Source: Octopus vulgaris (lineage: Eukaryota). From it: a stretch of 64,000 nucleotides of DNA. The notes beneath the pieces are model-generated. The model was not told where the DNA came from, did not search any database, and was given only the letters and a program-made list of their open reading frames with translations. The DNA lies in NCBI GenBank assembly GCA_951406725.2, contig OX597822.1, forward strand, positions 67,890,001-67,954,000. Reading direction: 5' to 3'. The translations under genes and the position numbers were made by a program. Shown in pieces: positions 24,470-37,350 of this stretch (its first letter is position 1; every line of letters starts with the position of its first letter).

Positions 24470-25023
24470 ATATTGATCTCTTTATCTACATATCTACTTA
24501 TCCACCATCAGCTATTTATTGTTCTCCGTCTGTACTACATTATCTGATTTTTTTTTTACCTTTCTTTATTATTACCTGCTCTGTTTTTATCACTTTCTTT
24601 TTGCGTCTGTCCACCTTTATCCATCTATTAATCCGTCTATCTATCTGTTTGTTTCTCTCTCTCTCTATCTATCCGTCTGTTCATCTATCTTTCTGCCCAA
24701 TCATCTCTCTTTTTATATATCTGTTCATCTATTTGTCTGTCTATCTATCCATCTAGTTGTCTATTTATCTTTTTGTCTGTCTACCTTTCCGTAAATTCAT
24801 CTATCTGTTTGTCTATCTCTCTTTCTATCAATTCATCTTTCTGCTTGTCTGTCTCTCCATATGTCTGTCTATCTGTTTGTCTATCTCTTTATTTGGTTAT
24901 TTATCTGTCTCTCAAATTATTTTCCTGTCTATCTGTCCATATGTGTACCTATTTATGTATATCTATGGCTAATTCTGTTTGCCTATTATCTGTCTATCTA
25001 TCTATCTATATATATAGAAGGAC

Positions 25024-25066
<43 letters not shown>

Positions 25067-25127
25067 TGTCTTCTGCCTTTTCTATCCATATATTTATATC
25101 CATCACACACACACACACACACACACA

Positions 25128-25181
<54 letters not shown>

Positions 25182-25230
25182 CTCTCTATATATATATATC
25201 TATCTGTCTATCTTTCTGTCTATAGGTTTA
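24470..25230. repeat. Degenerate (TCTA/TCTG)n low-complexity field
   Basis: Seen directly. Confidence 0.85.
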
Positions 25231-25733
25231 TCTATCATTCTGTTTGTATCACTCTTCCTCCTCTTCTCAGCAATAACCTATTCTTCTTCCTCTCCCATTG
25301 TCCACCACCTTACCATCGCGCTCCTTCCCCACCCCCATACAAACAAATTATGAACCCTTTTCCACCATCAATACCAACCATTCCAATAAAGGTGTGGCTT
25401 CTGTTCAGTGTTATAGCTGGCAGCTCTGTCATGGTGCCTCCGTGTCTGATTCACCATTCTATGTATTCTGACCAAAGAATCTTGGAGTGATATATCTTGC
25501 ACTCTGTCACACACTTTCTATAATTCTCTCTCTCCCTCACTCCCACACACACACTCTCTCTCTCACTCTCCCTCTCTCTCATACTCTCTACCCTCTCCCA
25601 TACACACTCTCTCTCTCTTACTTTCTCTCTCTCTCATTCTCTCTCCCTCTCTGTTTTCCTCTTCCTCACTCTTTCCATCCGTCTTTGGTTTTGTTTCCTC
25701 TCTACCGATTACATTCGTATGTGTTGGACGTGC

Positions 25734-25786
<53 letters not shown>

Positions 25787-25792
25787 GTGTGT

Positions 25793-25824
<32 letters not shown>

Positions 25825-26149
25825 CGTGCGTGTGATTGAGCTTGATTGCATTCAGGTCTAAATATGTTACTGAAACATGTGTAAATTCTAAATGCATCAT
25901 GCTGTGTATGATTAAATATATCTATTTGCACGTGTGTGTGTGTGTGTGTTCGTTTTACTAATATGTAATCCTGGGTTCGATACCAAAGCGATATGATAAG
26001 AAACCCCCATCGTCAAGATATACCTAGTTTAATTCATTATAACAATCATCTGGACACAAAACGGACAAAATGCCGTTAAGCATTGTGCCCGCGGTGGCAA
26101 CGACTCAACCAGTTTGCCGTCTTACTACAACTACTAAACTCGGCTCCGT

Positions 26150-26502
26150 CGGTCACGATTGACCATCGGTACACCTAAGAGGCTCCCCTCTGGGGTACAA
26201 GTCTGGGCGGAAAATCGCCTCTCCGGCGAACGTACAACCTAGGGCTGTTTTAAGGAAGACCATGAGTCGCCCATGCATATCAGGTTCCTTTCTCCATAAC
26301 ACCGATGTTATCCAAGAGAAAGGCAACAACGGCCGATACAGCTTGGCACCAGTGACGTCGCAACTCATCTCCACAGCTGGGTGAGCAGGGGTAACGTGAA
26401 ATAAAGTATCTTGCTCAAGAACACAACACACAACCTGGCCCGGAAATCGAAATCACAACCTCACGATCGTAACCACTCGACGCTCTAACCACTAAGCCTT
26501 CA
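26150..26502 (-). mobile_element. SINE family C (GTGTTCTTGAGCAAG domain)
   Basis: Head GGCTTAGTGGTTAGAGCG..GATTTCGATTTCC; homologous to 49116-49385. Confidence 0.78.
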
Positions 26503-27006
26503 CAATACCGCTGCTACTATCATTACTAATAGGTCATTACTATAACAATCATTTAGCATTCGATCATTTCAGTGCCCCCTATATTCCATCCTCTGTTTAT
26601 TTTGGCGTTGATCAACACATCCCCGTAATATTCCATGTCCCAGAAATATGCTGTTATATCTATGATATCCTGCTTTGATTTTTTCTAAGGACGATGGATT
26701 TTAATTCCTCTTACTCGTCGTCGTCTGAGGAGAAGTAAGTACCATTGTTGTTTTGGTATCGGCGTTGTTCTGAGGAATCTAGAATGGCATCGTTGTTGGT
26801 TTGAGCAGGATGCTGAAACTTTTATTTATTTATTTTATTTTATTTTATTTTATTTTATTTTATTTTATTTTATTTCAATGGTTCATGTTTTTCAGCGACA
26901 TGTTGGAAATTTCTTTCTTCGATATTGCCATTTCACCCTCGCCATCAGACGATGAAATGGTAGACCTGCTGCTGCTGTTGCTGCTGCTGCTTCTGCTGCT
27001 GCTCTT

Positions 27007-27078
27007 GCCGCTGTTGCTCTCGCCGCCGCTGTTGCTCTCGCCGCCGCTGTTGCTCTCGCCGCCGCTGTTGCTCTCGCC
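27007..27078. repeat. 18-bp minisatellite x4 (GCCGCTGTTGCTCTCGCC) within (CTG)n
   Basis: Four exact units. Confidence 0.95.
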
Positions 27079-27081
27079 ACC

Positions 27082-27113
<32 letters not shown>

Positions 27114-27189
27114 TAGTGATGTTTAGTGTTGCGAGAACTGGGTTGGCATATCTCCTGCTCCATGATTACCTCGGTTTAAGAATAAACCT

Positions 27190-28080
27190 TTGTACTATAG
27201 ATACAAAGCCTAAAATTCATTAGGGAAAGGGAGAGCTAGTTGATTACGTGAACCTCAGTACATGACTGGTACTTATTTTATCAACCCCGAAAGGATGAAA
27301 GGCATGTGGTCTGACCTCAGACCACAAAGCAGGACGAAATACCGCTAAGCATTTTGTTCGGGGTGCTAACGATTCTTTTTTACTCTAGGCACAAGGCCCG
27401 AAATTTTGAACGCACCAGCCTTTTGCTACTCCACTAAATTATTACTGCTTCTACCGCCGAGGTCGACTTTGGCTTTCGTCCTTTCCGGGTCGATTATATA
27501 AGTACCAGTTACGTACTGTAATCGATGTAATCGATTCAATCCTCTCATCCAATCTGCCCTTGTGACAAAATTTGAAATCATCATTACTGCTTCTAAAGAA
27601 GGCGGCACACTGGACGAAATGCTCAGCGGTAATTCGCTCGTCGCTACGTTCTGAGTTCATATTCTACCGATGTCACCTTCACTTTTCATCCTTTCGGGGT
27701 CGATAAATTAAGTGCTAGGTGAGTACTGGGGTCGATGTAATCGACTGTCCCCCTCCCCCAAATTTCAGACCTTGTGCCTATAATAGAAAGGATTTCAACA
27801 GCTTCTAAAACCTCTAATGCTATCAATAGCACTTCAAACTTCATCATATCATACCCTGGCGTCTTAGATATCATATTTAATACAGCAGAATAGATGGTCA
27901 CAGTAGGAAAGCCTTGATCATAGCCCTCCTTAATCAAGATTAGCCTGAGTAATGGCGGTGGTGGGGGGAAAATGACAAATTACATCAACCCAGTGCTCAG
28001 CTGGTACTTTACTTTTTTCGACCTCGATTGGACGAAGGTCAAGGCTCAAGCTCGGTGGAATTTGAACTCGGAGCAGAAGG
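27190..28080. mobile_element. Cluster of four SINE family B fragments in both orientations
   Basis: Nin-type domains at about 27260 (-), 27460 (+), 27670 (+) and 28000 (-). Confidence 0.75.
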
Positions 28081-28238
28081 CACCGAATGATAAATGAGAA
28101 GAGGAATGAATGGTGCTATGGATTTTCACGACACGGAGAAGGAAAAACGTTTTTATTAACAACGAAGCAACAAAGCAGAAATATAAATCATTCATGTGCA
28201 GATATATTATACGCACAGGTATAACAATATGCTTTATG

Positions 28239-28715
<477 letters not shown>

Positions 28716-29564
28716 CATGCTTCACTACGACATTTATATAAACAACTTGTATTTATAGCGTTTAAACGTTTGCATTCTTACACACCCGCAAGCACATAAA
28801 CACACGTGCAAACACACACACAGATACAAATACACACGTACATTCATACACATATACGCAAGCGCAACACAGATGCAATCGCATACACACAGATACGCTC
28901 ACACTGTCATGCTCACACGTATAGACGTTCAAATCTATCAAACCTCGGATTCATTCTGTCGGTGGAATTCTAATTTGTATGCATCGCCATGGTTTTTAGA
29001 AATGATAGATGTGTAAGAAGGAGCTGTGTTGCTGCTGCTGCTGCTGTTGTTGTTGTTGTTGTCGATGGGATGTGGATGTTGGTTGTGGTGTTAGTGATGG
29101 TTGTAGAAGCGGTGGCGGAAGCAATATTTATGATGAAAATGGAAGCAATACACGAGGGAAGTAAAAAATAGTAATGGAAATACAGAGAGAGAGAAAGAGA
29201 AAGAGAGAAAGAGGGAGGGAGAGAGAAGGAAGAGTGAAATAAACAGATCAAATACTGGAGGGAGGAAGACAGGGATCAGGTAGATGAAAGACTGAGGCAC
29301 AAACTGAAAGAAAGAAGAAACAGCAAGAGAGGAAAAGGGCAAGAAAGAATTTGGTCCCTTATATTGACATAAGGCGTCCAATTGTTTTTAAAGGCAGTGT
29401 TCTTGACCGAGCCGATCGCAGTCCATCTATCGTACGTATCGCGTCTGATCGTTCTCAGAAAGATGAAAGACGATGCCAAGGCGGTGGAATTTGAATTTGG
29501 AATGTATAAACACGTAACTAGCATCGGCAAGGTATTTTGTCTGGTGCTGCACTGATCGGTTACC

Positions 29565-29618
<54 letters not shown>

Positions 29619-29619
<1 letters not shown>

Positions 29620-29781
29620 TAGCAGTATAACCCGGTCTTGCCCGGGATAAAGTTACGATTATTAAGCTAATCAAGTTCTTTATTTCGAACCGAACTAAGT
29701 AATATCGACTCTCAACAAAACACTTTTTTTACTCGGCATAAAATAAAAACAAAACTCTTTCACATCCAAAGTAATGTGTGT

Positions 29782-29825
<44 letters not shown>

Positions 29826-30356
29826 GGAGAAAGATAAACGATTTAACATAAATAAATGATTTAAAATAAATATATTGTAATTGTTGTATGAGAAAGTATA
29901 TATACTATGATTATAAAATATAGTGTCTTTCGAAAACATCCTGAATTTGAACACTATATCTCGTGTTTAAGAAAAAACAAAACATTTTACATGTTATTTA
30001 TTATGAACGTCGTCACTTACTCTCTCCCTCTCTCTGTCTCTCACTTTGTCTTTCCCTTTTTTTTTTGTTCAGAGGCCGTGAAACTCTCTTCCACTTTTCT
30101 TTATCGTTTTTTTGTTTTTTTTTTGGTTAGACACCGTCAAAAAGCTATGGGTGAAAATAGGTTTTACCACTAAAAGCTATGGCTGAAAATAGAATTTTAC
30201 CCCTATCCGCGGGTGTCTCAGGAAAAAAATAAGTTGGCAAAACCCAGATAGGATGTTGACGAATGTCCTCCTAAAATTTGAGCGACATGCGTGCTAATTT
30301 GTGCATGAACTACAATCACGTACACACACACACACATCTTGCCTTCTATATAAACA

Positions 30357-30357
<1 letters not shown>
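29619..30357 (-). mobile_element. Non-autonomous Helitron (second subfamily) inserted in (AAT)n
   Basis: The minus-strand 3' end is CCCGGGCAAGACCGGG-TTATACTG-CTAG|T. The 5' end is degenerate (TATATAGAAGGCAAGATGTGTG). Flanked on both sides by (AAT)n. Confidence 0.7.
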
Positions 30358-30407
<50 letters not shown>

Positions 30408-30414
30408 TAATGGG

Positions 30415-30549
30415 AGTTAATTTATCGACCCCGAAAGGATGAAAGGCAAAGTCGACCTCGGCGGAATTTGAACTCACAACGTTACGGCAGCCGAAATACC
30501 GCTAAGCATTTCGCCCGACGTGCTAACGATTCTGCCAGCTCGCCGCCTT
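30415..30549 (-). mobile_element. SINE family B 5' part
   Basis: Head plus Nin-type domain. Confidence 0.85.
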
Positions 30550-30556
30550 TCTAATA

Positions 30557-30591
<35 letters not shown>

Positions 30592-30593
<2 letters not shown>

Positions 30594-32441
30594 CATTTAT
30601 TTGCCACAAGGGTGAAGTATGAGGGGGGCAATACAAAAACAGACATAAAGTGTTGGGGTTTACATATAATGAAATGATAAAAAAAAATAATGTAAGTACA
30701 CACGGTATTCACTGAAAAAGAAGGGCCACATGCATAGCATACAGAGGTTTAAAAAAAATAAAGTGGCGGGGATGATAGATAGAGATGTGACCCTCCTGAT
30801 ACGGGAGTGCCTCTAGGGGTAATCGAGGAACCCCACTGTCCGAGATTTTCCTAGAACCCCAGGAGCAATTGCTCTCTCTAATTCCTTCTCTCCGACTCAC
30901 AGGTCTACATTTAGAGAGGTAACATCCACTCTTGCCATTTCCGCAACTTTCACCCACCTTTCAGTAAACTCACTCGAAGACAGTACTTCCCTTTCCACTC
31001 TCAATTTCCTTTTCAACTTGAAGAAGTCAATGAGAGCTCTACCAAAGAGGAATGTATCTGTCCTCATGCCTTTCAGCCTTGTCCATCAAAAAAGGAAAAC
31101 TGCCTTGCCTGCTCGATTGTCCACCAGGCAAAGGAAAACTGCCTTACCTGCTCAATTGAAGGAGGGCGGCGGTGCGATCATCACTACAGACTCAGCCGAC
31201 AGATGGATCCGTCCCGCACTGACAGCAGCCGTTCGATATAACTCCACAAGTCAGCAATACCCGGACACTGAACGAGGGCGTGCAGAACAGTTTCGTCACT
31301 CTCAGGGCACTTCGGCCGAGTCCGTCTAACAGCACATCCGTGCCTGTAGAGTTTATATCGAACACATAGCACCCCACCCGCTCCCGTATCACTGGCAAGC
31401 CAAAGACATCTGGAAATTATGATAGTTCCCAACCGGAACATACTAGCCATTTTGTTCTCGTCCGCTCGCAGAGTCACCCCGAGAACATCGTCGCAATTCG
31501 CCGCCACTAATCCTCTATAAATTTCTAAAGCAGAACATCCACTGATCCAATTGTCCGACTTGTAGAAGGCTGTGAGCACCTGACGATATTCTAGGTACCA
31601 GGCACCCAGGCTCGGTCTTTTCTTCACCTAGGACTGCAGCTCCGTCAAGGAGACAAGCCGCGGAAAGACGGGCCTCACAAACGGAGCCCACACACGCTCA
31701 TCGTCCAGAAATCGTTGCAGGTGGCGTAACCTAAGAGTGTGCCTGTGCATTAAGAGCCACATCATACCTAATCTGCCACTCAGAGGATACTGGCAACAGC
31801 TGACCGCCTGGCCACTGGAATATGTCATTTCTGCAAGAATTTTAATAAGAGGCGTTCCAACTTGGTCAAGCAGTAACCGGGACAAGGTACGACGGTCAGG
31901 CGTTGATTGATAACGGAGGCGATGTAAGCATTCGCAACCTCTGTCCGACCTTTCAGGGACAGCTACTTCTCAGTCCATTTCTGGGTAAGACTGGCCACTC
32001 TGTTCGCCACCTCGTCCCAGTTCTTATCAACCTGGATGTCGGGACCACACCAGACCGCGAGCAGTTTAACTGGTTCATCGGTACAGCGTCCAACGATATC
32101 GTCCGATGGCATCGTCCTGCCCCTCCAGGAGCCCAACCGCGCAAACCTACCGATTTGTTGGCGTTGATCTTTAGCCCTTGCAACCGACTCATATTCTTTT
32201 AGGATGGTACCGATCGTCTCCACTTCGGAAGCGTCTCATACCATGACGGTGACGTCGTCCGCGTACGCCAACACTGCTCTTCCTTGTCCCAGTTCGAAAG
32301 GGACGCCCTTTAACTGTTCCAGTTTCCAAAGTAGTGGCTCGAGTGCCAATACGTACAGAAGAGGCGACAGCGGGCAGCCCTGACGGACTAAGCGTGCGAT
32401 ACCAAATGTCTCCGATAAGTGGCCGCTTACTTTGACTGACC

Positions 32442-32442
<1 letters not shown>
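30592..32442 (-). mobile_element. 5'-truncated Tx1/L1-type LINE (RT C-terminal half, CCHC knuckle, 3' UTR), inactivated
   Basis: VRQGCPLSPLLYVLALEPLL, LAYADDVTVMV* and KINANKSVGL, then C..ESDETVLHALVQCP. Several frameshifts and stops. The 3' end abuts (ATC)n and the 5' end abuts (ATT)n. Confidence 0.92.
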
Positions 32443-32494
<52 letters not shown>

Positions 32495-32502
32495 TAAATA
32501 CC

Positions 32503-32734
32503 TATTTCTTTATTACCCACAAGGGGCTAAACACAGAGGGGACAAACAAGGACAGACATAGGTATTAAGTCGATTACATCGACCCCAGTGCGTAACTGGT
32601 ACTTAATTTATCGACCCCGAAAGGATGAAAGGAAAAGTCGACCTCGGCGGAATTTGAACTCACAACGTAACGCAGACGAAATACCGCTAAGCATTTCGCC
32701 CGGCGTGCTAACGTTTTTGCCAGCTCGCTGCCTT
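32503..32734 (-). mobile_element. Full-length SINE family B, tail type 1, 15-bp TSD
   Basis: TSD ATAACAATAAATACC at 32488-32502 and 32735-32749. Confidence 0.92.
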
Positions 32735-32789
32735 ATAACAATAAATACCTTGATACAGTACCAGGCATAGGTGTTTCATTTGTCATCCT

Positions 32790-33030
32790 TAAAGAAACAT
32801 TATTCAGGGACCTTTTGAGCAAGATGGGCTACTCAACCTGAAGAAAATTCTAACTGGGCCCCAACTGCAAGATCATGCGCTGTTTATCTTGATATGAGTT
32901 CTCATGTTGTGCACATATAGTTGTGATGCCAATGTGGTGTACCATTATCAGACGGTTAGTCATGATGGGTACACTGGGCTTCGTATATTTGTACCCCAGT
33001 GTCACTTTGATGACATGAACTACTCTCTAT
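32790..33030. mobile_element. Interspersed repeat (non-LTR-like), partial copy
   Basis: Homologous to 48590-48820. Confidence 0.75.
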
Positions 33031-33035
33031 CATAC

Positions 33036-33075
<40 letters not shown>

Positions 33076-33144
33076 GTATATATATATATACATACATATA
33101 TATATATATATATGAAACTTGATATATATATATATATATATATA

Positions 33145-33293
33145 TAGTTCCCCAGTTCTGAAAAATATATACATAGAATCAGAAACCCAAACCACAGACC
33201 GTCTAGGGACGCAACTCCACCTGTTTTAACTCTCAAAAAAATACCACATACATATATATATAGTTATTTCCCTTACAAACGCGATATATTAGT
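33145..33293 (+). mobile_element. Deleted Helitron remnant
   Basis: Homologous to 43328-43575. Confidence 0.65.
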
Positions 33294-34292
33294 ATATATA
33301 TATACACACGTATGCATATATATATAGAGAGAGGGGGGAAAGAAAGATGGAGGGAAGGAGGGAGGTGGGGAGGGAGGGATTGAGGGGGAAAGAAAGAGAT
33401 AAGCAAATAGAAAGACTGAGTGAAAAAGAGAAGAATAAAGCGAAGAGACGATTGGTTATGAGAATAAGAAAGGATAATGACTTGTCACGAGAAAGTTCTA
33501 AAGGTGAAATGGGAGAGAGATACGAATTGAAAGAGAATGAGAGAAATAGAGGGTGAGAGAAATTGTTGAGAGACATTTAGAGAGAATCTTATGGAAAAGA
33601 GCGAAACAGAGAGAGAGAGAGAGAGAGAGAGAGGGAGTGAGAAAGAGGCAGAGAGCCAAAGGGTTTAAAGTTGTGAGTTGTAAGGAAGTTGACAGCGTGG
33701 TACAGTATGGCATGTGTATTCATCACTTATAATGGAAGTGATATTAAGAGAGGAATGTTGATTTAATTCAATCTTTGATAATAACTGCAAGAAACAAATT
33801 GAATACGATGAGAAATGTGGCTTGATTTTAGTGACACGCCGGTCCAGAGATCAATCGCTTGACGAGGCAGTTAGAGGAAGTAGAGTCTTGCTGACATTTG
33901 CAAGTTTTTCTTGTAAATCGCCTTAAAACTATTTTGGGGATTTTTTTGCTTTTTTTTATTTTTGCAAATTTTTGTTGTTGTGCTGTTGGTTTTTTTTTTT
34001 TTTCATTTTTTTTTTTTTTGTCTTTGTGGCTATATAACAAAAAAAAGAGCAGAATTGGTTTTAAAGAGGCTATGAATATTTGCCTCTATAGAAAAGTGTA
34101 TTTGATGGCGGTGATAATTGCAGAATTGGTAAAGGGTGTGTGGGTAGGTAAATAGATGAGGGAAGGATTGGGGGGTGGGGTGAGGTGAGGCTGCAATGAG
34201 CAAATGGGAGAAACGGGTTAGGAGAGAAGAAGAAAATCAAGCGTATGGAGCATGGCGTAGTACAGAGAGCATGAGGTCGGTGTTGGGTTTAC

Positions 34293-34306
34293 TAATGACG
34301 TCATTA
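34293..34306. promoter_or_regulatory. Perfect 14-bp palindrome TAATGACGTCATTA containing a full CRE (TGACGTCA)
   Basis: Motif seen directly, in a SINE-free stretch; function is inferred only. Confidence 0.3.
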
Positions 34307-34966
34307 TCCGTTGTGAATGAACGAGAACGCAACTAATAGAAAATAGAGCACCAACAACGACAACAACAATAACAAGACCAACAACAACAGCAACAACAAC
34401 AGCGTTATCAACAACAATACTACAGCAGAACAAAAAAAAAAAAAAATGAAAGAAATGTCACGACGCTACTGGTTATGAAATCTAAGCATTAATTTTTGAG
34501 AACTTCATTTCTTTTACTGGTGTTGCAAAAAGTTTCTAACGTATTTATTTAGAAATATGCTTCCTCGTATGAGTTTTTTTTTTAAAAACTAATATGTTGC
34601 ATAACAACATATAATAGCTAAAATACATCCGATCCTTATTGTGCTTCACACAAACACGCATAAACATAGGCATGGAAGAAGACATATATATATATATGAT
34701 AGGTTCTCGTAGCAATTTCGACAGCTAAGTAAAAGTTTTCGTCTTGAAAATATACGCAAATGTGATCTACAGTATTTCGTAGACATAATAATAACTTTAT
34801 ACGCACGTAAACACACTCAACCACACATATGTATTGAATTACTGCTGTGTTATCAGCGCTTTTCTTTCGATACTATGACGGGCTACAGAATATGTGTATC
34901 TGTAGAAGCAAACACATCGTCAATCTACGTAATAACTAGAATATATACATACATACATACATACAT

Positions 34967-35025
<59 letters not shown>

Positions 35026-35055
35026 TGTATATATATATATATGCATGTATGTATG

Positions 35056-35103
<48 letters not shown>

Positions 35104-35202
35104 TGTATATATTGCAGAGCGTCCTGCTTGTTGTTCATAGACCTGTCTTTCGTTTATATAAATAAGTATGTATGTATGTATGTATGTATGTATGTATGTA
35201 TG

Positions 35203-35231
<29 letters not shown>

Positions 35232-35236
<5 letters not shown>

Positions 35237-35412
35237 GAACACGCAATAGAGGGCATTAAAACGTTCGGACAGATAGACGATACAAAGGCAGGCAAGAGAC
35301 AACAATTAGAAGGATAGGCAAAAAAAAGACGGGTCATTCGTGGTTTTCTTTCCTCAGTCAAGTTCAAGAAGTCACGACCATTTCGGGCATTTACACTTGA
35401 GATGGTTCGATA
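35232..35412 (-). mobile_element. PLE-type terminal repeat fragment with the 3' half of a hammerhead-like motif
   Basis: Homologous to 44683-44862 (+). Contains TGCCC GAAA TGGTCG TG/TA AC. Flanked by microsatellites. Confidence 0.55.
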
Positions 35413-36134
35413 TATATATACACATACGTGCTTAACTACCTTTGAATGATGAAGAATACCTGTCCAGTGCTCTTAAACAATCCTGCATATTGATGCTTCC
35501 AAACTTATCTCGTCCACCGAATTACTTACTAAGCGTTATTGTGGCTGTCTTTCAATTAGTTAAAACATACAAATTATGTAAGATATACAAAATCTATCTC
35601 CTACGTTAGGTAGGATATAAAGTAATGTTATTCCTTTAAGGTGACCATATTTCATACTTTGTTTGTTTTTATGCATTTGTGCAGTATTCCATATAATGCT
35701 TAATAGTTACTCTATTATGAACATATAAAACTGTTTACTTAATGCAATCAATTTAAATGAGTCTACAAGGAGAATCTGCTTATTCCAATTTGGAATTGAA
35801 GATTTTTCATGTTTGTTTTAATAAAGCTATGAGAGACCTCATTAACGAACAATCATTGCCGCTTGCATATTTTATGTTTCAAAATACGCAGTCCTGTGTT
35901 TTATTTTTATATTAAAATTAATAGATTAAAATTTTATGTTCCCCGAAATGGGAAAACGTATTCTGTTTGTAAGCTATCACAAATTGTTTAAAAATAGTAA
36001 AGGCACAACGTGCCACCGGGAGTCGAACTCATGACGAAAGACCCTAATCTTTTTACTCACTCAATGGTTCTATGTTTTACTATGTTTCATATTCATTGCA
36101 TTCAAAGATTGGAGAGGAATTGTTAAGATAGATA

Positions 36135-36346
36135 TACAAGGAGGTGCTAAAAAGTCCCGGCTTTTTGGGTATTGCGAAAGGCCTGATTGGAGGCCAAACC
36201 TTCTGAGTTCTTTTACAGGACTTAGAAGCACTGAGGGACCGCTACAATAAGTGTGTGAATCTTAGGAAAATGTTGAATAAAATCATAACTGATCCTCTTG
36301 TATTTTCTTTAACCCAAAGCAGGAACTTTTCGGCCCCGCCTTCGTT
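36135..36346 (+). mobile_element. About 210-bp mariner-derived MITE
   Basis: TIR-like TACAAGGAGGTGCTAAAAAGTCCCGGCTTT and AAAGCAGGAACTTTTCGGCCCCGCCTTCGT; remnant DRYNKCVNL..VE* of the transposase C-terminus. Confidence 0.72.
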
Positions 36347-36426
36347 TATTCTTTGAAATATATTGCAATATAAATTACGATTCCTGCAATATGACCTTCA
36401 ACTGTAATAAAATCGTTGAAAATATT

Positions 36427-36691
36427 ATTTTCTACTCTAGGCACAAACCCCGAAACTGGTACTTAATATAGCGACCCCGAAAGGATGAAAGGCAAAGTCG
36501 ACTTTAGCGGAATTTGAAATCAGAACTTTCGTCTACCGCTACGTTCTAAGTTCAAATTCCGCCGAGGTCGACTTTGCCTCTCATCCTTTCGGGATCGATT
36601 AAAATACGTACCAGTTACGCACTGGAGTCGATGTAATCGACTAGCTCCCTTCATCCAAAATTTACAACGCCTTGTGCCTAGAGTAGAAATA
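36427..36691. mobile_element. Head-to-head fold-back dimer of SINE family B (tail type 2) with 18-bp TSD
   Basis: Inverted Nin domains. Direct repeats AAAATCG(T/C)TGAAAATATT at 36409-36426 and 36692-36709. Confidence 0.82.
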
Positions 36692-36739
36692 AAAATCGCT
36701 GAAAATATTTGTTGTCTTTTTGTTTCGTGTAGTTGTCTT

Positions 36740-37350
36740 AGTCATTAAACTGCAGTCATGATGTGGTACCGCCTCGAAGGGTTATAGTCGAATGGACTGA
36801 CCCAGTACTTATCGCTAAGCCTAGAACTGAATATTTTGTTTCCCTTTTCCCGAGCCGCTAGTGGAGCGCAAACAAAACACCAACGGTTGATGAGCGGTGG
36901 TGGGAACATATTTTTTAAAAGGAGCACTCCATCGGTTCCGATGACGAGGGTCTCTGCTGATACGATGAGCACTCCACAGACACGTGTACACTTAACGTAA
37001 TTCGCAGGGAGATTCGGTGACAAGGCTGGCAATTTGAAATACAGGTAATACTCATTTTTGCCAGCTGAGTGGACTGGAGCAATGTGAATTAAAGTGTCTT
37101 GTTCAAGGACACAACGCGTCGCTGAGAATTGAACTCTCGACCTTACGATCGTGATCCGAATGCCCCTAACCACTAAGCCACACGCCTTCATGGTTGGGAA
37201 CATAGAGACACAGATTGATAGATAAATTGATAGATACAAGCTTCTGCCAGTTTCTATCTACTAAATCTACTCGCCGAAGTTCCACGCAGTGGGACTGAAC
37301 ACAGAACCATGCGAGTAGGAAGCAAACTTCTTACCACACAGCCACACCAC
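36740..37350 (-). mobile_element. SINE family A interrupted by a family C SINE (36910-37190)
   Basis: A tail, C element and A head in order on the minus strand. Confidence 0.7.

Noticed and set aside
25385-25490. Unique island between pyrimidine tracts as an exon or miRNA
   Set aside because: No convincing splice pair, hairpin or known mature miRNA.
26715-26812. Minus-strand candidate exon (TTTCAG|...|GTAAGA, open frame HPAQTNNDAILD..)
   Set aside because: The acceptor is preceded by an A-rich (AAAAT)n tract rather than pyrimidines, and the sequence looks derived from simple repeats.
29349-29362. TTTGGTCCCTT resembling the miR-133 5' end
   Set aside because: The match stops after about 9 nt and there is no precursor hairpin.
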